Virus record (IMG/VR): IMGVR_UViG_3300043446_003158
Span: 96,001 to 160,000 of that record
Direction: 5' to 3' (one strand)
Origin: a virus
DNA: 64,000 bases
A program made the position numbers and the translations under genes. Shown here in pieces: positions 57,151 to 64,000 of the stretch. The stretch's first letter is position 1. The number at the start of each line of letters is the position of its first letter. The notes below the pieces were generated by a model, which saw only the letters and a list, made by a program, of their open reading frames with translations, was not told the DNA's origin and did not search any database.

Positions 57151-60100
57151 TTAATCCAAGAATATTTTTACCAATCCTCCCAATTCTCTTAACCCATAAC
57201 CTCTTCTTTGGATTGTTGGGAATGAAGACAACCCAGAAGATGCAGTATAATTAGATAAATCTATAGATAATGGATTAGTTTCTGATCTTTTCACAGAACT
57301 AAATTTACCCCAAGAAAATCTTCCTTTTAAAGAAGATCCAGTTGTTTTGAGACCTATTACTGAAGTTTTATCTGATATATTGCATATTATTTCTCCTTTA
57401 AGATTCAAATTTGTTATTTGATGAACTTGGTATATATTATCGCAATAAGTATTACCAATTGAAACAATTTGCAATTCATTTGAATTGATTGAAGTTATTC
57501 CATTTCCAATAGAAGTATCAAATACATATATTGGATATCCAACAATTAAATTACTTACATTTATGTTTTGATCATACGAAGTAAATAACTTAAGTGCCAA
57601 GTTTGTCCCTATACCTGGGCAAGTTGTTATTCCAGTAATTATTCCAGAAAAACCTTGTACAAAATTAATATCAGTAACTAACTCGTTTGGTATTGCGGAA
57701 ATGGGTGCAATAACTTCTGGTGGATTTGAATATGTATATCCATATCCAGAATTTGAAATATAAATTGGTGTAGTAATTGTTCCAGCTGCTGATACTGTTG
57801 CAGATATTATTGCATCTGTACCTCCTATGGAAGAAACGGATCTTAATTTTAATAAAATACTATTTCCAATACCAAGACCAGCATATCCACTTCCACCACT
57901 ATTTACTGTAATTTTAGAAATAGTAGAAGATAAAGAGACCGTTGCAGTTAATGCTGCAGAAATTGGAGATCCGTTTTGAACTATTAATCCATTAAAGTTT
58001 GGAATACTAAGATCAAATTGATTTTCTTCATATTTAAAAAATTGAGCGTTATCAACAAATATTTCAGTATCAGAATTTGAAACTGATTTTATTATTTTTG
58101 CAGTTGGAAAAATTTGACTCTCTAAACTATCTCTGTCTTTATATTGAGTAATTAAATTTGTAACAAGATCTGTTTTTTGTGGAATTAAATCCATTGGCTT
58201 TGGATTTAATTCGTCAACGCCTTCTCCTAAATAAATTCCAGTTTCAAAAGAATCTGAAGAAGTTATAAAAGAAATTACTCTTGGGTCTTGACCAATAGTA
58301 AATGGTAAACCTTCATTTTTATTAATTTGTATAGAATCTCCTGGTTTAATAGTTGGATATACATTTATTTCAACACTATCAATTCCAGCAGTTCCTCTAT
58401 AGAAAAATATTGATACATTGTCTTCATATTTTGGAGCTTCAAAAAACTTAAATGTTGTCCCTCCATTATATTCATAAGAAACTCCAGGTTCCTGTAAAAC
58501 ACCATTGATAAAAATTAATAATATTGTTGAAAAATCAATTATTGCTGCTGCAGGATCTGTTTTACTACGTTCAAAACTTAATAGTTTGTTATTTTTTATA
58601 AGGGGAAATCTTGTTCTAACTCCATTTTGTAAAGGTTTTGTTGTATCCACAAAATCAAATTCTCCAACTTGCCAAGCACCAAAAGTATCTGCTTTAACTT
58701 CAGTAACAGTAAATGTTAATGGTTCTAATGGTTTGCTAATTCCAGCAGCAGTTGTTAATCCATTTAATTCAAATACATCTCCAAGTTCAAAAGAATACCC
58801 TGGTTTTGTGATTATAAAATCACTAATATAAGAATATGAAGAACCAATTCCAACTCTTTCTGATGGAGAAGCAACTACAGTTATTGAAAGACCTATTCCA
58901 GTTTTTGTTGTGCTTCCAATAGATGGTCTAAACAAACCTTTAATAGAAAGATTTTGATAAGATGGATCCGAAATAACTGGGATTGGATTAGAATATCCAG
59001 TTCCACCATTAATAATTGTAAAACTAGTTATTGATCCCCCAGAACCAACATTAGCAGTTATTGTTGCTGATAATCCAACATGAGAAGTATCTGCAATAGA
59101 TACTGATACTGAACTATAATATCCAGATCCTCTAAATTCATCTCCAAAATCAAATCCAAATGAAGTTGTTAAAGAAGATGTATTAGTTGTTAGTTTTGAT
59201 AATGTTATCGAATTGATACCAACTGATGACACTAAAGTATCAAATTGTAAAATATTAGTTATGTTTGGTACTTTTAAATTTACATATTGAGGGACAAATT
59301 TTATTTCATCAACATACTTATTTAAAATATTCATAACTTTTTGATTGACTTTAATACTATCAGTATTAATTCCAGTTACAATGTTTGTTGTTACTCCAAT
59401 ATTACCAGTTACTGCTAAACCAACTATTATTGAAGTTGTAAATCCAATAGATTTAATTGATCCTCCAGCACCGACTTTAACATCTAAGACATCAGATGGA
59501 ACTCCTATTAATGGAGCATATCCATGTCCACCAGTGAAAGCTAAAGATACTAATACACCTCCTTTTGGTAAATCATTTTGATTTATATCATAATCCACAG
59601 TAAATGACTCTGATGTATTTGGTAAAGTTATTCCTTTAAACCTTACACTAGAAATACCACCAGAAGTTAATATTTCATAATTATTATTTGTGTTATTTGT
59701 AGTATCTGGAGTTTGATATATATCATTTAAAATTAAAATATTATTTCCGGGAACAGCATCTGATACTACTTTACCGCCAGAGTATAAACTAAATGTTCTT
59801 CCAACTCCAGTAAAATTTAAAGATATATCATCATAAATTCTATTTGTTGTATAATCTTTTCTTAAATATACTCTACCATTAAATGTTGATTTTGGTAATG
59901 GTAAATAGTTATCACCAAATAAAGCATTATTTCCTTTACCATCTGGTGCTTCAGAGAACCATATTTTATTTCCAACAATATTATAAGATCCTTTATATAT
60001 TCTAATATCAGTATTATCAGTATGAGTAGTAGATATACTTCCTAAAGATCCTCTATTGACGTTACATAATGCAAATGTTCCTAATCCACTTATTGGTCCA

Positions 60101-63100
60101 ACCACTGTAGTTCCAAATCCAACATTAATAACAGTCATATATTCATCATCAACTTTAAGTATATCAACAGGTTGAATAGAAGATATACCAGATAATGAAA
60201 TAAATGAAGTTCCAGCACTAACTAATCCACCAAGGTTATTGGATAAAGTTTTTGACAACGGAGTATAACTTAATGGTGTTTGTAAAACACCATTAACAGT
60301 TAGTACTGTTTTTTCTAATTTTTTCTTCATTTCAAATTTATGATAATTTCCACCCCCGAAATTAGTAAATGTAAATCCTATACCGTTTTTAACACCAGTT
60401 ATTGAAAAATTATTTTCATCTATTTTTTTGGCATATACTGTTGAGGGGCAAATAGTTGTTATAATACCAACTTGAAAATTATTTCTAAAAGAAGTTCCTG
60501 TTGAAACATTTGATAATGTAGCAGAATAATTTAAATTTGAAGAATAATAAACTTTTTCTGATCCTGATGGTAGACTTGCTAATGACGAAGTTATTGAATT
60601 TATTCCAATAGAAATTATTGTCCCATATTGAGTATTGTCGTCAGAATATATTCCAGAACCAACTTTTAATATGGATGTATTTGCAACTCCAGTAATAACT
60701 GAAGATCCAGAAGAAACATTTCCCACAAAATAACTGTATGTTATTCCTATACTAATAACACTTGTATTGTTAGGTATATCTAAACCTTGAATAATATTAT
60801 TTGCAGTCGTAATAATTCCATCAGTTGAAGCAATTCCTGTTATAGTTTTGAATCCAACTATAGTATCTCCAGTAAAAATAGTTCCTCCAACTAAAGTGGA
60901 TCCTATTCCTATAGCAGTTGCAGAAACACCAACTAAAGTCGAAGATGGTGTATATATTAATTCTTCATTATCTTCAAAAAAATGATTTTTTATTGTAATG
61001 ACACCTGTCTCTAAATTTAATTGCTTTGTATTTTTAGGATTAAATACTTTTTCAAATATTGGTGTTCTATTCCAATTTAAATCAAAATCTAATCTATCTT
61101 TTCCGTAATTATTAATAGAACCATATTTATTAACATAGATTCTTTCTCTAGAAGCACCATATGAAAGTATCTCTGGAATATTAAATTCATCATATTCTGC
61201 GTAAATATATTGATCAACTGATTGAATAGTTATCGCGGACTCTAAAAATTTATTATGTGGATGAAATACAAGATTAACCAAAGAACCATCGTTATTTGTT
61301 GAAAATGTTCCAATACCGCTAGATTCGCCAACTGTTATAAAAGGATCACTTTGCAGTTTAGTGTAAGTTTGATCTGAAATTACAATAACTTGATAAATTG
61401 CTATAGTTGAACCAATAGAAACTCTTATTAAAGATTTTAATAATGATTCTGTTGCACTATCAAATGATGTAATAGTAGAAATACCAGTAGTAAGATTATA
61501 ATTACTTTCAATTCTTGAAGTTCTTTCTGATCCAGGAATTTGATCCTCCACTAAAAATCTATGAATTCCTTCTCCCAATTCTGGTTTCCCAATAGCAACA
61601 GTTTTATTTTTAATAATTAATTTATCGCTAGTATTGTTGAAAAATGATAAACTAATCACTCCAGAATTAACTGTTAATCCAAAAGTTCCAATATAACCAG
61701 ATGAATATCCTCCAAAATATTGTGAAGAATCAAAATAATATTCTGCTAAATGAGTATTCGTTCCGTCATAAGTTCCAACTACTTCATAATAATTTAATGA
61801 ATAATCTTTAGTATTAATTATTAATGAAGATGATTGTATAGTATGGTAATCTGCAGATAAAGCTCTAAAAACTGATGTACTAAATCCTACTTCTCCTTTT
61901 ACTTCTCTAGATTCACTAAACAATCTAAGAAATCCATAGTTTGTAATTCCAAATCCAGTTATATTTGGTTGTGAAAAATACTCCCTATAAATTTTTATAT
62001 TATAACTAGTTTCATAAGGATCTGTTGGATTAAATACTAATGCAGGATCTCCAACGTTATTAAGTTTACCTTCAAAATACCCAAGATCAAAATTTGTAAA
62101 TATATTAGATTTATTTAAAGTATAAGTATTTTTAAAATCATTAAGAACAACTAAATCAGAAACTTGATATGATACCTTATCGGATTCTAAATTTTTAATA
62201 TTTGAGACTTGAACTAAAAATTTGGAATAAAAATCAGTTATATCATAAGTAACAGAATCTAAAAATTCATCTTTGTTAAATTCAGAGCTTGAAAAACTAT
62301 TACTTATATCATCTATCTGCAAAACTCTATTAGATTTGCATTCAATGTAGTTTGAAAGTTTTTTATTAAGTAATCTGACATTTGAGGAAAAATATTGTGT
62401 TGCTTCATAATCAAAAGCAATATCATAGTTTTTAATAATATCTACTCGTTTTTGATTATCTAAATTTAAAACTGTTGAAAGAGATGAAGTTCCTGCTATT
62501 GAAGTTTTTCCTCCAGAACTAAATCCAATTTCTCCAAAACTTTTAGTTCCTACAGGATGAACTAATTTATTTAAAGCTTCAGAATATCTATCATATTCTA
62601 CATCACTTTTAATAGAATAAGATAAATTTTGATAATAATCATTATCTGGTAATGCTTGTGTATCTAAATTTAATTTTCCAACATCAGTAATCCATCCAGA
62701 TTTAGATTTACTTGAAGATGAATAATTAAATCTAGCATCATATGTAAATATATCAGTTACAGTTGCTTGAGAATTTGAAAAAGTTCCCTTTACTTTATCA
62801 AATATTTTAATTTCTTGAGATGTCTTTGAAACATTGAGTGAATCACTGGATGCGTTTCTTATTTCAATATTTGATGGAATATTATTAATATATAAAGATT
62901 CTCCATCAGAAAATTTACTTTTTATTTGAACTATATCAAAAATTGGATAAGATTTTTCATTAATTGCAGAACTATATGTAGATTGACTTAAAACTGAAAC
63001 TCCAGGATTTAAAGTATATGGAGATATGTCATATTTTAAAACGGCATTTCCTGGGTCATTTATAAAATCAGTTACTTTAAAAAAGTTGTATCCGTGATCT

Positions 63101-64000
63101 GATGAATTATAACCATCTCCGGGAAATGAAATATTACCAAATTCGTCTTCTACTGCTCCTTTTTGAACATTTTCTACAAAAACATAATCCCCAACATTAA
63201 ATGGTGGTGTTACAAATCCATAAATTGGAGGTGTTCTTACTAAAGCATGTACTATACCATCAATACAAGTTGTAACACCAATAATTGTAACACCATTGCT
63301 GTTATTTACAGTATATAATCTATGAACAGCAGATCTTAGTCCTTTTGGTCTAGATATTATTTTGACAGAACCTATAGAACTTCCATTTAAAGATAATTCT
63401 AGTATTCCAGAATTTACAGGTTGTCTTGTTAAAGTATCAACTAAAACTAAATTTGGTTTAGATAAAAAGTTTTTACCTCCAGAAACAACATTAATTTCTG
63501 AAATTTCTTCATTGTCACTTAGTATTAGTAAATTATTTAAATTTGCTGATGGGCGTAAAGTTTTGTCAGAAGGGTAATCAAACCCATCATTAGAAATTTC
63601 TATAGATTTATATTTTCCAATACTTTTCGTAGTTGCATTAATGTAGGCATTTTTTCCTGGAATTCTTCCAGAAAAAGAAGTATCTACTCCTACTATTCTT
63701 GGTATTTTTTTATATCCAGATCCTCCACTTAATAATTTTACCGATGCAATTGGACCAGTTGTATTTTTTGAAGAAGTTGTATACTCAATCTTAGAATTTT
63801 GGTTTGTATATTCCAAAGATTCTGGTATTTTTTTTAAAGAAATTGAAAAACTTGTATTTGAAGATTGATAAACTACAGAATTTTGTTGATTATAAAAACT
63901 ATCAACAAAAATTACTTGATATTCAGATTCTTTTTCATTTGAAAAAATAGGTTTATGATCTTTAATCAAAGAATAATAAAATGATGGAATTTTATCATCA
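57151..64000 (-). CDS. Very large baseplate wedge initiator (gp7-like), 5'-truncated by window edge
   Basis: Frame open to position 64000 (..DDKIPSFYYSLIKDHK); ALPDNDYYQNLSYSIKS..LVHPVG motif; directly upstream of gp8. Confidence 0.8.
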   Translation of the reverse strand, partial: DDKIPSFYYSLIKDHKPIFSNEKESEYQVIFVDSFYNQQNSVVYQSSNTSFSISLKKIPESLEYTNQNSKIEYTTSSKNTTGPIASVKLLSGGSGYKKIPRIVGVDTSFSGRIPGKNAYINATTKSIGKYKSIEISNDGFDYPSDKTLRPSANLNNLLILSDNEEISEINVVSGGKNFLSKPNLVLVDTLTRQPVNSGILELSLNGSSIGSVKIISRPKGLRSAVHRLYTVNNSNGVTIIGVTTCIDGIVHALVRTPPIYGFVTPPFNVGDYVFVENVQKGAVEDEFGNISFPGDGYNSSDHGYNFFKVTDFINDPGNAVLKYDISPYTLNPGVSVLSQSTYSSAINEKSYPIFDIVQIKSKFSDGESLYINNIPSNIEIRNASSDSLNVSKTSQEIKIFDKVKGTFSNSQATVTDIFTYDARFNYSSSSKSKSGWITDVGKLNLDTQALPDNDYYQNLSYSIKSDVEYDRYSEALNKLVHPVGTKSFGEIGFSSGGKTSIAGTSSLSTVLNLDNQKRVDIIKNYDIAFDYEATQYFSSNVRLLNKKLSNYIECKSNRVLQIDDISNSFSSSEFNKDEFLDSVTYDITDFYSKFLVQVSNIKNLESDKVSYQVSDLVVLNDFKNTYTLNKSNIFTNFDLGYFEGKLNNVGDPALVFNPTDPYETSYNIKIYREYFSQPNITGFGITNYGFLRLFSESREVKGEVGFSTSVFRALSADYHTIQSSSLIINTKDYSLNYYEVVGTYDGTNTHLAEYYFDSSQYFGGYSSGYIGTFGLTVNSGVISLSFFNNTSDKLIIKNKTVAIGKPELGEGIHRFLVEDQIPGSERTSRIESNYNLTTGISTITSFDSATESLLKSLIRVSIGSTIAIYQVIVISDQTYTKLQSDPFITVGESSGIGTFSTNNDGSLVNLVFHPHNKFLESAITIQSVDQYIYAEYDEFNIPEILSYGASRERIYVNKYGSINNYGKDRLDFDLNWNRTPIFEKVFNPKNTKQLNLETGVITIKNHFFEDNEELIYTPSSTLVGVSATAIGIGSTLVGGTIFTGDTIVGFKTITGIASTDGIITTANNIIQGLDIPNNTSVISIGITYSYFVGNVSSGSSVITGVANTSILKVGSGIYSDDNTQYGTIISIGINSITSSLASLPSGSEKVYYSSNLNYSATLSNVSTGTSFRNNFQVGIITTICPSTVYAKKIDENNFSITGVKNGIGFTFTNFGGGNYHKFEMKKKLEKTVLTVNGVLQTPLSYTPLSKTLSNNLGGLVSAGTSFISLSGISSIQPVDILKVDDEYMTVINVGFGTTVVGPISGLGTFALCNVNRGSLGSISTTHTDNTDIRIYKGSYNIVGNKIWFSEAPDGKGNNALFGDNYLPLPKSTFNGRVYLRKDYTTNRIYDDISLNFTGVGRTFSLYSGGKVVSDAVPGNNILILNDIYQTPDTTNNTNNNYEILTSGGISSVRFKGITLPNTSESFTVDYDINQNDLPKGGVLVSLAFTGGHGYAPLIGVPSDVLDVKVGAGGSIKSIGFTTSIIVGLAVTGNIGVTTNIVTGINTDSIKVNQKVMNILNKYVDEIKFVPQYVNLKVPNITNILQFDTLVSSVGINSITLSKLTTNTSSLTTSFGFDFGDEFRGSGYYSSVSVSIADTSHVGLSATITANVGSGGSITSFTIINGGTGYSNPIPVISDPSYQNLSIKGLFRPSIGSTTKTGIGLSITVVASPSERVGIGSSYSYISDFIITKPGYSFELGDVFELNGLTTAAGISKPLEPLTFTVTEVKADTFGAWQVGEFDFVDTTKPLQNGVRTRFPLIKNNKLLSFERSKTDPAAAIIDFSTILLIFINGVLQEPGVSYEYNGGTTFKFFEAPKYEDNVSIFFYRGTAGIDSVEINVYPTIKPGDSIQINKNEGLPFTIGQDPRVISFITSSDSFETGIYLGEGVDELNPKPMDLIPQKTDLVTNLITQYKDRDSLESQIFPTAKIIKSVSNSDTEIFVDNAQFFKYEENQFDLSIPNFNGLIVQNGSPISAALTATVSLSSTISKITVNSGGSGYAGLGIGNSILLKLRSVSSIGGTDAIISATVSAAGTITTPIYISNSGYGYTYSNPPEVIAPISAIPNELVTDINFVQGFSGIITGITTCPGIGTNLALKLFTSYDQNINVSNLIVGYPIYVFDTSIGNGITSINSNELQIVSIGNTYCDNIYQVHQITNLNLKGEIICNISDKTSVIGLKTTGSSLKGRFSWGKFSSVKRSETNPLSIDLSNYTASSGLSSFPTIQRRGYGLRELGGLVKIFLD

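Noticed and set aside
63967-63969. ORF-track start of the 2272-aa protein
   Set aside because: It is an internal TTG; the frame stays open to the window end
1-64000. Stop-codon reassignment or programmed frameshifts
   Set aside because: Core genes translate full-length in the standard code and abut normally; no suppressor tRNA found

Overview
64 kb of the core genome of a T4-like myovirus, most similar in gene content and order to freshwater cyanomyoviruses (likely Synechococcus/Cyanobium-type host; inferred from MazG, Hsp20, the CobS-like MoxR/vWA pair, a 2OG-Fe(II) oxygenase and an NblA-like peptide). Every credible gene is on the minus strand. In transcription order (right to left): baseplate/virion proteins (gp7-like, truncated by the window edge; gp8; a 2352-aa protein), neck/terminase/tail/head module (gp13-gp23), gp3, uvsY, uvsW, gp55, gp47/46, a short UDP-glucose dehydrogenase, vWA-peptidase + MoxR AAA, gp45/denV/gp44, a PD-(D/E)xK-like nuclease + DNA adenine methylase, gp62, regA, hsp20, gp43, uvsX, gp41, mazG, two tRNAs, putative internal head proteins, primase and nrdA (truncated). 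The ORF track misses nrdA, six small ORFs and both tRNAs. The best leads are: (1) late-promoter-driven proteins carrying T4-like capsid-targeting N-termini, plus apparent polyproteins punctuated by gp21-type cleavage sites; (2) an NblA-like peptide in the late structural block; (3) a near-consensus antisense sigma70 promoter beside gp55; (4) a nuclease-methylase pair; (5) a MoxR/vWA-zincin pair; (6) a tRNA-Leu lacking its variable arm; (7) a cytidylyltransferase-family protein missing its catalytic core. Family assignments come from motif recognition and synteny only; no database searches were run.
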